From Acidimicrobiales bacterium (lineage in GTDB: Bacteria > Actinomycetota > Acidimicrobiia > Acidimicrobiales > JACCXE01): a stretch of 40,828 nucleotides of DNA. The stretch's first letter is position 1; each line of letters starts with the position of its first letter. Under the pieces are notes generated by a model, which was given only the letters and a program-made list of their open reading frames with translations, searched no databases and was not told where the DNA came from. Shown here piece by piece: positions 1-8,654 of this stretch. Location: contig JBKJQZ010000165.1 of the NCBI GenBank assembly GCA_046594835.1, positions 1 to 40,828 of the forward strand, in the 5' to 3' direction. Both the position numbers and the translations under genes were made by a program.

Positions 1-36
1 GTCCGCAAGGACGGCGGCATCAGTGGACCGCTGTAG
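1..36 (+). CDS. 3' end of a cytochrome b6-like (short, split cytochrome b) subunit; partial, gene starts left of the window
   Basis: Frame 1 reads VRKDGGISGPL*, resembling the cytochrome b6 C-terminus (IRKQGISGPL). It lies 14 nt upstream of a subunit IV-like gene. Confidence 0.75.
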   Translation, partial: VRKDGGISGPL

Positions 37-50
37 GAAGGAGACAGTCA

Positions 51-839
51 ATGGCTGATATTCCTGAAGCGCTACTGAAAAAGGCCGCTGAACGCCGGGC
101 CGCGCTCGAAGCGCAGAAGGCCGGCGGAGGCGGCGACGCGCCCGCGGGCGGCGACGCCCCGGCGACGCCCGCAGCCGCGGCGCCCGTCGACGACGGCAAC
201 AAGATCCCCGCGCACCTGCTGCAGCGTTCCGCCGCGGCTCGCGCCAAGGGCGGCGAAGAAGTCGCGTCCGGCGGCGGCGTTGCCGCCGCAGTCGCGACCG
301 CGCCGATCGCAGCAGCCATGCCCGTCCAGGGCGCGACCGGTCACACGCAGCGCCTCCTCACCGTCGTCAAGGCCGGTTCGATTCAGGACGTTAAGGCCAC
401 CCCGACCGACAAGGTCCACACGTGGCCGCACCTGCTCGTGGGTGAGTTCGTCGCCGCGCTGGCCTGCACCGCGTTCCTGCTGGTGTTTTCGGCCCTGGTC
501 AACGCGCCGCTGCTCGGTGCCGCCAACGTCAACCGCACCCCGAACCCGTCGAAGGCCCCGTGGTACTTCCTCGGTCTGCAGGAACTGCTGACCATGCTTC
601 ACCCGATGGTCGCGGGCGTGACCATCCCCACCGTCATCATCGTGGGCCTCATGGGCGCCGGCTATATCGACAAGAACCCGTCGAACAAGCCCGAAGATCG
701 CAAGTTCGCGATCGCCCTGATGACCATGTTCCTGATGACTTTCGCCGTGCTCACCATCATCGGATCGTTCTTCCGTGGTGAGGGCTTCAACTTCATCCTT
801 CCGTGGCGCCAAGGCGTCCACGACATCTTCGATCTCTAG
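51..839 (+). CDS. Cytochrome b subunit IV-like (PetD / cytochrome b C-terminal domain) protein with a low-complexity N-terminal extension
   Basis: TWPHLL..EF before the first TM helix; ANVNRTPNPSKAPWYFLGLQELL at the PEWY-loop position; three hydrophobic helices; RBS ggaaggag upstream. Confidence 0.85.
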   Translation: MADIPEALLKKAAERRAALEAQKAGGGGDAPAGGDAPATPAAAAPVDDGNKIPAHLLQRSAAARAKGGEEVASGGGVAAAVATAPIAAAMPVQGATGHTQRLLTVVKAGSIQDVKATPTDKVHTWPHLLVGEFVAALACTAFLLVFSALVNAPLLGAANVNRTPNPSKAPWYFLGLQELLTMLHPMVAGVTIPTVIIVGLMGAGYIDKNPSNKPEDRKFAIALMTMFLMTFAVLTIIGSFFRGEGFNFILPWRQGVHDIFDL

Positions 840-845
840 GTCACG

Positions 846-1688
846 ATGAATACCTCTACCGTCGTCATCCTTGCCGTAGTTGGCATCGCCGTCCTCGCCG
901 TGCTCTTTGTGGCGACGGCTGGCGCGCGCAGTGATCGCACCGCTGCAACCTCGTTGCGTCGTGAGGCTCGTAAAGCCGACCGCGGCAATCCGCTCGAGGG
1001 CTCGGGCTCTGCGAGCGGTCGCGATGTCGAGCGAAACGCGGTGCTCGCTCGTCGTGGCAGTGAAGTCGTCGCAGTGCCGGCGAGCCCCGCGCCGCCTGCA
1101 CCGTTCATCCCGCCCGACGACGATGCCATCGCCGTCACCCGACGCCAGTTCCTCAACCGTGGCGCCGCCACGCTCATGGGTCTTGGTCTCGCCGGTTTCG
1201 GCGCAGCCGTGCTCGCGTTCATCTGGCCTCAACTGGGCTCAGGCTTCGGCGCCAAGATCACCGCCGGGAAGCTCACCGAGATCCTCGGCGCGATCAAGAC
1301 CGACAAGTCTCCATTTTACGTCTCCGAAGCCCGTACGTGGCTTTCCGCCTATCCCAAAGACTCGCTTCCGAACGCAAAGAAGACCTACCAAGGTGGCGTG
1401 CTCGACGGCATGGAAGCCGGGGTCGTCGCCCTGTACCAAAAGTGTGTGCACCTCGGGTGCCGCGTGCCGTGGTGCGGCTCGTCGCAGTGGTTTGAGTGCC
1501 CCTGCCACGGCTCGAAGTACAACCGCGTCGGCGAGAAAGTCGGTGGCCCCGCGCCACGCGGCCTCGACCGCTTTAGCGTTTCTGTCAGTAACGGCACCGT
1601 TGTGATTGACACCGGCAAGGTCCTGCAGGGCCCGCCGATCGGCACCAACACCACCGGCCAACAAGCGGAAGGTCCGCACTGCGCATGA
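846..1688 (+). CDS. Rieske [2Fe-2S] subunit of a Rieske/cytochrome b complex
   Basis: Rieske boxes CVHLGC and CPCHGSKY; GPAPRGL loop; internal twin-arginine motif TRRQFL followed by a TM helix. Confidence 0.92.
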   Translation: MNTSTVVILAVVGIAVLAVLFVATAGARSDRTAATSLRREARKADRGNPLEGSGSASGRDVERNAVLARRGSEVVAVPASPAPPAPFIPPDDDAIAVTRRQFLNRGAATLMGLGLAGFGAAVLAFIWPQLGSGFGAKITAGKLTEILGAIKTDKSPFYVSEARTWLSAYPKDSLPNAKKTYQGGVLDGMEAGVVALYQKCVHLGCRVPWCGSSQWFECPCHGSKYNRVGEKVGGPAPRGLDRFSVSVSNGTVVIDTGKVLQGPPIGTNTTGQQAEGPHCA

Positions 1689-2686
1689 GTCCAGTCGTTT
1701 TGGCAGCGACGCAACAAAAGCTTGCAGCTGCTTTCGTAGTCACGCTCGTCCTGGGGTGGGCGGTGTTCCTGTTCATCTCGATTCGCAAGAGCGGCGAAGC
1801 ACCCGGCGACGAAGCGTCCACGGCGCCGAACCGTCGCCCGTACTTCGACGACGAGGCCATGGAAGGCCGTCGTCTCGAAGGTGCACAAAAGGCAGCCGTC
1901 GCGATGTTGCTCATCGTTGTGTTCGGCATGCCGATCTACTGGCTCAAAGAGCCCGGTCGTCAGGCCAACGCGATCAACGGCTTCGATAAGCGCGCCGCGC
2001 ACCGCGGCTTTGTGCTGTTCCAGCCCGCCGACTCCAGCGTGCCCGAAGGCAACATCGGCCACTTCGCCTGCGGTGGTTGCCACGGCACCCAAGGCGAAGG
2101 CGGCGTTGCGAACTACACGCTTGCGAACTCCGATGGCACGTCGCGTTCGGTCGTGTGGAAGGCGCCAGCGCTCAACACCGTGCTCACGCGTTTCTCTCCT
2201 GAAGAGGTCACCGGCATCATCACCTACGGCCGGGCGAACAGTCCGATGCCGGCCTGGGGTGTTGCGGGCGGTGGCCCGATGAATGAGCAGCAGGTGCAGG
2301 ATCTCGTCTCGTACATCAAGACGCTGCAGCTTTCGAAAGCAGAGCAGCAAAAGTTGTACGCCAAGAACTTTGCCGATCTCGGCCTCGACTTCTCCAACGG
2401 GGCGAATCTGTTCGACCAGTTCTGCTCGCGCTGCCACACCAAGGGCTGGTCCTATGGCGAACCGGAGAAGCCGGGTTCGGGCGCATTCGGCCCCAACCTC
2501 ACCGGCGGGTCCACGCTCTTGCAGTTCCCCACCATTAAGGATCACCTCGAGTTTGTGACCGGTGGATCTGAGTTCGCCAAGCCCTACGGTTCTCGCGGCG
2601 TGGGCTCGGGTCGTATGCCCGGCTTTGGTGGCATGCTCACCGACGCCCAAATCCGAGCAATTGTCGAGTACGAGAGAAGCCTGTAG
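1685..2686 (+). CDS. Membrane-anchored dihaem c-type cytochrome
   Basis: Two CxxCH motifs (CGGCH, CSRCH), each followed by a candidate distal Met (SPMPAWG, GRMPGFGG); two N-terminal TM helices; ATGA overlap with the Rieske gene. Confidence 0.9.
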   Translation: MSPVVLAATQQKLAAAFVVTLVLGWAVFLFISIRKSGEAPGDEASTAPNRRPYFDDEAMEGRRLEGAQKAAVAMLLIVVFGMPIYWLKEPGRQANAINGFDKRAAHRGFVLFQPADSSVPEGNIGHFACGGCHGTQGEGGVANYTLANSDGTSRSVVWKAPALNTVLTRFSPEEVTGIITYGRANSPMPAWGVAGGGPMNEQQVQDLVSYIKTLQLSKAEQQKLYAKNFADLGLDFSNGANLFDQFCSRCHTKGWSYGEPEKPGSGAFGPNLTGGSTLLQFPTIKDHLEFVTGGSEFAKPYGSRGVGSGRMPGFGGMLTDAQIRAIVEYERSL

Positions 2687-3535
2687 ATGCATCTGCACCT
2701 CGTAAACGTGCTCGGCACGCTGGCCTGGGATCCGCAGATCCGCGGCATCCTGATCGTGGTCACCGTCGTCGTGATGCTGCCCGGGAGCATCTTCTTGCTG
2801 CTCGCCACCAACGTCGGCGCCCGCATCGGTTTTCTCCTCGCGATCGCCGGCATCACCGGATTTACGATGCTGCTCGGCGTCACCTGGGCGTTCTACGGCC
2901 AGGGCCTGAAGGGTCGAGAGCCAAGCTGGAAGGTGCAAGAAGTCGTGCACTCCATGAGTCCGACCGATCTCTCCACCGGCACGCTCAAGACGCTCGGCGA
3001 TTACCCCGACGGTTGGAAGAAGCTGCCGCTGAGCGGCTCGCCGATCCTGGGCGACGCGCAGGCCGCAGTGGACAACTTCATCACCAAGTCGGGCCGCAAG
3101 CCCAAGCTTGGTCACGAAGGCCCGATCATCAAGAAGCCCACCCCCGCACAGCTGCGCTGGCCGGCGGAGTTCTCGAGCAGCGAGGGTTACATCGTCGTGG
3201 GCGGCTACGACAAGGGTGGCGACAACCAGCTGTTCACGATCCGCCACCACAAGTTCTATTTCCGGCACTCCGCCCACTACGTGACGGTGCTGGTCCGCCC
3301 GGTGGTTGTCCCGACAATCGTGTCGCGTGTGCCGTCGGCGCCCCGGCCCGACCCGACCAAGCCGGTCACCGCAGTGATAGTGCTGCGCGACCTCGGCTCG
3401 ATCCGGTTCCCGCAGGTGATGATGGCAATCTCGTCGGCGATCATCTTTTCCTTGACCTGCCTGCAGCTGCACCGTCGGGATAAGCAGATCATGGCGGCGC
3501 GAGCTGCTGGGCTTTCCCAACCGGTTACCGCGTAA
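2687..3535 (+). CDS. Hypothetical membrane protein (two N-terminal TMs, soluble domain, C-terminal TM)
   Basis: 282-aa ORF abutting the cytochrome c stop codon; hydrophobic segments at both ends; no recognised motif. Confidence 0.75.
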   Translation: MHLHLVNVLGTLAWDPQIRGILIVVTVVVMLPGSIFLLLATNVGARIGFLLAIAGITGFTMLLGVTWAFYGQGLKGREPSWKVQEVVHSMSPTDLSTGTLKTLGDYPDGWKKLPLSGSPILGDAQAAVDNFITKSGRKPKLGHEGPIIKKPTPAQLRWPAEFSSSEGYIVVGGYDKGGDNQLFTIRHHKFYFRHSAHYVTVLVRPVVVPTIVSRVPSAPRPDPTKPVTAVIVLRDLGSIRFPQVMMAISSAIIFSLTCLQLHRRDKQIMAARAAGLSQPVTA

Positions 3536-3556
3536 GAAATCCAAAGGACGAACAAC

Positions 3557-4024
3557 ATGGCTGACTACCTACCGCTGCTCATGATGTTTGTCTTGGCGAC
3601 GATCTTTGCGGGTGCGTCGTTCTTCGCTTCAGGGCTGCTCGCTCCCAAACGCCGTACCGGCGCCAAAGAAGCGCCCTACGAATGCGGCATCGTGCCGAGC
3701 CGGGAGCCGGCTGAGCGTTTTCCGGTTCGCTTCTATCTCGTCGCGATGATCTTCATCGTCTTCGACATCGAAATCGTCTTCGTGTATCCGTGGGCCGTGA
3801 TCTACGACAAGCTCGGCACCTTCGGTCTTGTCGAGATGCTCGTCTTCGCGCTCGCCGTAGTCGTGAGCTTCGCCTACCTGATCGCCAACGGTGCCCTCGA
3901 CTGGGGCCCCGCCAAGACGCTCACCGCGTTCAAGTCGGTGCCTACGGGCACGACCTCGGTTACGCGCACCACCGATTCCACCGTCCGCCGCATTGGTGCC
4001 GCTGCGCATCACGACGCGGCGTAG
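3557..4024 (+). CDS. nuoA: NADH-quinone oxidoreductase subunit A (copy 1)
   Basis: [28 protein letters not shown]; RBS aagga; C-terminal extension. Confidence 0.95.
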   Translation: MADYLPLLMMFVLATIFAGASFFASGLLAPKRRTGAKEAPYECGIVPSREPAERFPVRFYLVAMIFIVFDIEIVFVYPWAVIYDKLGTFGLVEMLVFALAVVVSFAYLIANGALDWGPAKTLTAFKSVPTGTTSVTRTTDSTVRRIGAAAHHDAA

Positions 4025-4032
4025 GAAGCGAC

Positions 4033-4563
4033 ATGGGACTCGAAGACCTCAACCACAACTTCATCACCGGCACACTCGAAGACGTCGTCAAGTGGGCGCG
4101 TTACAACAGCGTGTGGCCCGCCACCTTTGGCCTCGCGTGCTGCGCGATGGAGATGATGGCGACGGGCGCCGCGAACTTCGACCTGAGCCGCTTCGGCATG
4201 GAAGTCTTTCGCGCCTCGCCTCGCCAAGCCGATCTGATGATCGTGGCCGGCCGTGTCAGCCAGAAGATGGCGCCGGTGCTGCGCCAGGTCTACGACCAGA
4301 TGATGGAGCCCAAGTGGGTCATCTCCATGGGCGTGTGTGCGTCGAGCGGCGGCATGTTCAACAACTACGCGATCGTGCAAGGCGTCGACCAGATCGTTCC
4401 TGTCGACGTGTACGCGCCGGGCTGCCCCCCCGGGCCTGAGACGCTGATCCACGCGATCCTCACGCTGCATCAAGGCATCAAGGACGGCGAGATCACGCGC
4501 CGTCGTGAAGTATCGGGCGCCGGAGCGGGCCTGTTGCTCGAGACCGCCTCGCCGACGCGATGA
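4033..4563 (+). CDS. nuoB: NADH-quinone oxidoreductase subunit B (copy 1)
   Basis: [32 protein letters not shown]. Start moved to ATG 4033, after the nuoA stop and an aggaag RBS. Confidence 0.95.
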   Translation: MGLEDLNHNFITGTLEDVVKWARYNSVWPATFGLACCAMEMMATGAANFDLSRFGMEVFRASPRQADLMIVAGRVSQKMAPVLRQVYDQMMEPKWVISMGVCASSGGMFNNYAIVQGVDQIVPVDVYAPGCPPGPETLIHAILTLHQGIKDGEITRRREVSGAGAGLLLETASPTR

Positions 4564-5006
4564 ACGACACCGCCGAAGTCCTGCACGTTGGCCGGGAGGA
4601 CTACCTCGCCAAAGTCACTGAGCTGCGCGGAGCCGGTTTCAACATGTGCATCGACGTGACGGCCGTGGATTACCTCGAGCATCCGGGGCGTGTCCTTCCC
4701 GAAGGCATGGAGCCGATGCGCTTTGAGGTTGTCGTGAACCTGCTCAACATGGCCGAAGCGACCCGCGTGCGCATCCGCGTGCAGGTCCCCGAACAAGACC
4801 CGCACGTCTCCACCTTGTTCGGCCTCTACCCCGGCGCCGAAGCGATGGAGCGCGAAGCCTTCGACATGATGGGCGTCGTCTTTGACGACCACCCCGACCT
4901 CACCCGCATCCTCATGCCCGAGGACTGGGAAGGGCACCCCTTGCGCAAGGACTTCGAGAACCCGCGGGTTCCGGTGCAGTTCAAGCACCCGAGGGCGTCG
5001 AAGTGA
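4560..5006 (+). CDS. nuoC: NADH-quinone oxidoreductase subunit C (copy 1)
   Basis: [32 protein letters not shown]; ATGA overlap with nuoB. Confidence 0.95.
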   Translation: MNDTAEVLHVGREDYLAKVTELRGAGFNMCIDVTAVDYLEHPGRVLPEGMEPMRFEVVVNLLNMAEATRVRIRVQVPEQDPHVSTLFGLYPGAEAMEREAFDMMGVVFDDHPDLTRILMPEDWEGHPLRKDFENPRVPVQFKHPRASK

Positions 5007-6340
5007 CAACGACCAACGAATTTGAAGAGGTCGAACAGACTTCCGAAGGCGCCCAGGAGATGGACGCTGCCGCGAAGTCTTCCGAGATGGAGCTGCTGCG
5101 GGAGCAAGGTGCGGTCTTGCGCATGCCCGAGGACAGCTTCCTCGACGCCAACGACCTGTCGATCGAGTCCGGTGACGACCAGACGATGATCATCAACATG
5201 GGTCCGCAGCACCCGTCGACCCACGGCGTGCTCCGACTCATGCTTGAACTCGACGGCGAGACCGTCGTGCGCACCAAGCCGGTCATTGGCTACCTGCACA
5301 CCGGCATGGAGAAGACGGGCGAGACCCTCACCTATGTGCAGGGCGGCACCAACGTCACGCGTATGGACTACCTCTCGCCGTTCCACAACGAGATGGTGTT
5401 CTCGATGGCGGTGGAACAACTCGTCGGCATCGAAGTGCCCGAGCGCGCCGTGTGGATCCGCATGCTGCTCGCGGAGCTCAACCGCATCAGCTCGCACCTG
5501 TTGTTTATGGCCACCAACGGCATGGACGTCGGCGCGCTCTCGATGATGATCTACGGCTGGCGCGAGCGCGAGCACGTGCTGGGCTTTTTCGAGAAGGTCA
5601 CCGGCCTTCGTATGAACCACAACTTCATCCGCCCCGGCGGCACGGCGGCCGACCTGCCCGACGGTTGGCGCGACGACGTGCTGTTCCTGCTCGACATGCT
5701 GCCGCCGCGCTTTGACGAGTACGACACGCTGCTCACGGGTCAGCCGATCTTCACCCAGCGCACCCAGGGCGTCGGCGTGCTCACTCCTGAGCAAGCGATC
5801 GCGTTGTCGACAACCGGGCCCGTGCTGCGTTCCACGGGCGTCGAGTGGGACCTGCGGCGCAACATGCCGTACTTCTTCTACGACGAGATGGAATTCGACG
5901 TCGTCGTCGGTACCTACGGCGACGCCTTCGACCGTTACGCGATCCGTCTGAATGAGATGCGTGAGTCGGTCAAGATCGTCCGGCAGATCCTCGACAGGAT
6001 GCCGAACGGCCCCTACCGCAGCCTCGACAAGAAGATCACCCCGCCGCCGCGCTCACGGATCGACGAGTCGATGGAAGCGCTGATCCATCACTTCAAGTTG
6101 TTCACCGAAGGCTTCAAGGTGCCCGAGGGCGAGGTGTACGTCGCCGTCGAGTCACCCCGTGGCGAACTGGGTTGCTACCTCGTGAGCGACGGCACGTCGA
6201 AGCCGTACCGATTGCACATTCGCGGGCCGAGCTTCGCCAACCTGCAGGCGTTGCCCGTCATGCTGCGCGGTGGCCTTATCGCCGACGCCGTTGCGGTCAT
6301 CTCCTCCGTTGACCCCGTCATGGGCGAAGTCGACCGCTAG
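5003..6340 (+). CDS. nuoD: NADH-quinone oxidoreductase subunit D (copy 1)
   Basis: NMGPQHPSTHGVLRL, GYLHTGMEK, RMDY, ESPRGE, C-terminal GEVDR. Confidence 0.96.
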   Translation: MTTTNEFEEVEQTSEGAQEMDAAAKSSEMELLREQGAVLRMPEDSFLDANDLSIESGDDQTMIINMGPQHPSTHGVLRLMLELDGETVVRTKPVIGYLHTGMEKTGETLTYVQGGTNVTRMDYLSPFHNEMVFSMAVEQLVGIEVPERAVWIRMLLAELNRISSHLLFMATNGMDVGALSMMIYGWREREHVLGFFEKVTGLRMNHNFIRPGGTAADLPDGWRDDVLFLLDMLPPRFDEYDTLLTGQPIFTQRTQGVGVLTPEQAIALSTTGPVLRSTGVEWDLRRNMPYFFYDEMEFDVVVGTYGDAFDRYAIRLNEMRESVKIVRQILDRMPNGPYRSLDKKITPPPRSRIDESMEALIHHFKLFTEGFKVPEGEVYVAVESPRGELGCYLVSDGTSKPYRLHIRGPSFANLQALPVMLRGGLIADAVAVISSVDPVMGEVDR

Positions 6341-6350
6341 CAGTCGAGGG

Positions 6351-7625
6351 CTAGGACCAGCTGGGCTGGGTGCCGCCGCTGACCACGAGGCGCACGTCCG
6401 AGCCGTCGGGCTTCATGGAGTAGACGCCGCCGCCGTTGCGCGCGCTGCGAAACGCGATGCGGGCGCCGTCGGGCGACCAGGTGGGGTCTGTGTCCTCGCC
6501 GGTAGCGGAACTGAGGCGGCTCTGGCCCGTGCCGTCGGCGTTCATCACATAGATCTCGGCGTTGCCGTCGCGGTCGGTCGAGAAGGCGATTTTGGTGCCG
6601 TCTGGGCTGAACGCGGGCGCCTGACTGTTGATGGCGGTGCCGAGCCGCTTGATGCCCGTGCCATCGCTGCGCATCACGTACAGCTCGGTGGCGCCGATGT
6701 TGTCGCCGCTCGAACAGTGGTCACGTGAGGACCAGAACGCGATGTGGGTGCCGTCTGAGGACCACGACGGATCGGCGCTGAAACAACCTGCGATCGCAAT
6801 CCGGGTGGGGTTCTGTCCGTCTTTGTTGATAACCCAAATGCTCGAGTACCCGCCCTGGCCCTGGAAATCGATGCGGCCGAATGCAAGACGCAGTCCGTCG
6901 GGCGACCACGTCGGGCGGCTGTCGCCCTCGCCGCTGCCATCGGGCGCAGGGGTCAGCGCGTAACGGGCGCCCGTAGGCGAGATGTAGGAGAGGATGCCGC
7001 CCGGGCTTTGCGCGTCGACCACCGCGATCGCCGCGTGCGACGGAGCCCACGCCGGGTAGTACGCGCTGTTGGCCACCGCGCGCGGGTCTGACCCATCGGG
7101 GTTGACGGTCCAGGTCGCGCCACCGCTCACGTACGCGATGCGGTTGGCGCCGAAGACCGCCGCGGGCAAGGTCGTGGTTGGACCACCGCCCCCGCCGTCT
7201 CCGCCCGCGACCGCGGTCGTGCCGGTCGTGCCCCCCGGTGCAGTGGTGTTGGTCGACCCGCTGCCGCCGCTGCCGCCTCTCCTGTAGTCGGGGACCGTGC
7301 CCGTATAGAGGTGCAGCCCGTCACCATTTTTGAGCGTGACGCCGGGGGCGGCGGGCGACGCCGGGGAGTTGGCGTTTGATCGATTCGGGTTGGGCAGCAC
7401 GTCGTTACCGAAGAAGGTCGTGGGCGTCGAGACTGACACCGCGGTCTGGTCGGCCCGCACGGTGGTCTTCGCGTCCGGGTCGGAGTCGTCACGTGACGCC
7501 GCGATGGTTACCGCGAGCACCACCAAGACCAGCGCGGTGGTGCCGTACACGGTGACGCGCGCGTGCTCGCCGACCCACTCACGGGTCTCGGCCCACGACT
7601 GTTGGAGAAGTGATTGCCTGGCCAC
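6351..7625 (-). CDS. Membrane-anchored TolB-like beta-propeller protein with PD40 repeats
   Basis: N-terminal TM, Thr/Gly/Pro-rich linker, then six PxWS/PxFS-type repeats (PAWAP, PTWSPDG, PSWSSDG, PAFSPDG, PTWSPDG, PSWS). Confidence 0.85.
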   Translation of the reverse strand: MARQSLLQQSWAETREWVGEHARVTVYGTTALVLVVLAVTIAASRDDSDPDAKTTVRADQTAVSVSTPTTFFGNDVLPNPNRSNANSPASPAAPGVTLKNGDGLHLYTGTVPDYRRGGSGGSGSTNTTAPGGTTGTTAVAGGDGGGGGPTTTLPAAVFGANRIAYVSGGATWTVNPDGSDPRAVANSAYYPAWAPSHAAIAVVDAQSPGGILSYISPTGARYALTPAPDGSGEGDSRPTWSPDGLRLAFGRIDFQGQGGYSSIWVINKDGQNPTRIAIAGCFSADPSWSSDGTHIAFWSSRDHCSSGDNIGATELYVMRSDGTGIKRLGTAINSQAPAFSPDGTKIAFSTDRDGNAEIYVMNADGTGQSRLSSATGEDTDPTWSPDGARIAFRSARNGGGVYSMKPDGSDVRLVVSGGTQPSWS

Positions 7626-7634
7626 GGTGTGCCA

Positions 7635-7661
7635 ACGCTAAAGCAAGCGAGTCCGTAGGCT
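7635..7661. promoter_or_regulatory. Divergent putative -10 elements for leaderless or short-leader transcripts
   Basis: TAGCGT on the minus strand (7635-7640) is 9 nt before GTG 7625; TAGGCT on the plus strand (7656-7661) is 7 nt before ATG 7669; neither gene has an SD. Confidence 0.5.
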
Positions 7662-7668
7662 CGGTCAG

Positions 7669-8634
7669 ATGGCAGCGGCGATTCGGCTTGACCGGGTTAC
7701 CAAGCGGTTTCCCGGCGCCGATCACAGCGCCGTCACCGACCTTTCGCTCGAACTGCGCGAGGGCACGCTCACGGCGTTGGTGGGCCCGTCGGGCTGCGGC
7801 AAGACCTCCACGCTGCGAATGATCAATCGCCTCGAGCAGCCGAGTTCGGGTCGGATCGCACTCTTCGGACGCGACGTCACGGAGCAACCCCTGCACGAGC
7901 TGCGACGCGGCATCGGCTACGTCATCCAACACGCGGGCTTGTTTCCGCACCGCAGTGTCGCGGCCAACATCGCCACAGTGCCGAAACTGCTCGGATGGGA
8001 CCGGGCCCGCGTGGCGAAACGGATCGACGAACTGGTCGAGCTCGTCGGCCTCGATGCGTCAATGCTGAAGCGCTACCCGGCGGCACTCTCGGGCGGACAA
8101 CAACAACGCGTCGGCGTGGCGCGTGCGCTCGCGGCGGATCCACCCGTGTTGTTGATGGACGAGCCGTACTCCGCGGTCGATCCGATCGTCCGTGTGCGCT
8201 TGCAGGACGAGCTCCTCGCGCTGCAACGCCGCCTGCACAAGACGATCGTGTTCGTGACCCACGACATTGACGAGGCGATCAAGCTGGCGGACAACGTGGC
8301 ATTGCTCAATACCGGCGGAGTACTTGAGCAGTTTGCGCCGCCCGACGAGATCCTTCGCGCGCCAGCCACTCCATTCGTCGAGTCATTCCTCGGCAACGAA
8401 CGGGCGCTGCGCCGGCTCGCGCTCCACACCGTGAGCGACGCCGCGCTACTTCCGGTGCCACCAGACGCGCATGGCCTGCCCCGCGTCCGTGCGAGCGCGG
8501 GCCTGCGGGAGGCGCTCGACGCGCTCGTGGCGGAAGGTCACGCGCAGGTCGTCGTAGTCGACGACGCCGACACCGCGCTTGGATCGCTCGACCTCGTCGC
8601 CCTGGCCCGGGCGTTGCACGCCGGCCATGAGTAA
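7669..8634 (+). CDS. Osmoprotectant (glycine betaine/choline/proline) ABC transporter ATP-binding protein, OpuC/ProV-like
   Basis: Walker A GPSGCGKT, signature LSGGQQQR, Walker B LLMDEP, H-loop VTHD, LRRGIGYVIQ; CBS-like C-terminus. Confidence 0.9.
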   Translation: MAAAIRLDRVTKRFPGADHSAVTDLSLELREGTLTALVGPSGCGKTSTLRMINRLEQPSSGRIALFGRDVTEQPLHELRRGIGYVIQHAGLFPHRSVAANIATVPKLLGWDRARVAKRIDELVELVGLDASMLKRYPAALSGGQQQRVGVARALAADPPVLLMDEPYSAVDPIVRVRLQDELLALQRRLHKTIVFVTHDIDEAIKLADNVALLNTGGVLEQFAPPDEILRAPATPFVESFLGNERALRRLALHTVSDAALLPVPPDAHGLPRVRASAGLREALDALVAEGHAQVVVVDDADTALGSLDLVALARALHAGHE

Positions 8635-8654
8635 ACGGCGATGAATAAAGGGCC

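Noticed and set aside
1385-3544. 719-aa minus-strand ORF
   Set aside because: Antisense shadow of the Rieske, cytochrome c and membrane protein genes; no motifs; such ORFs are expected in high-GC coding DNA.
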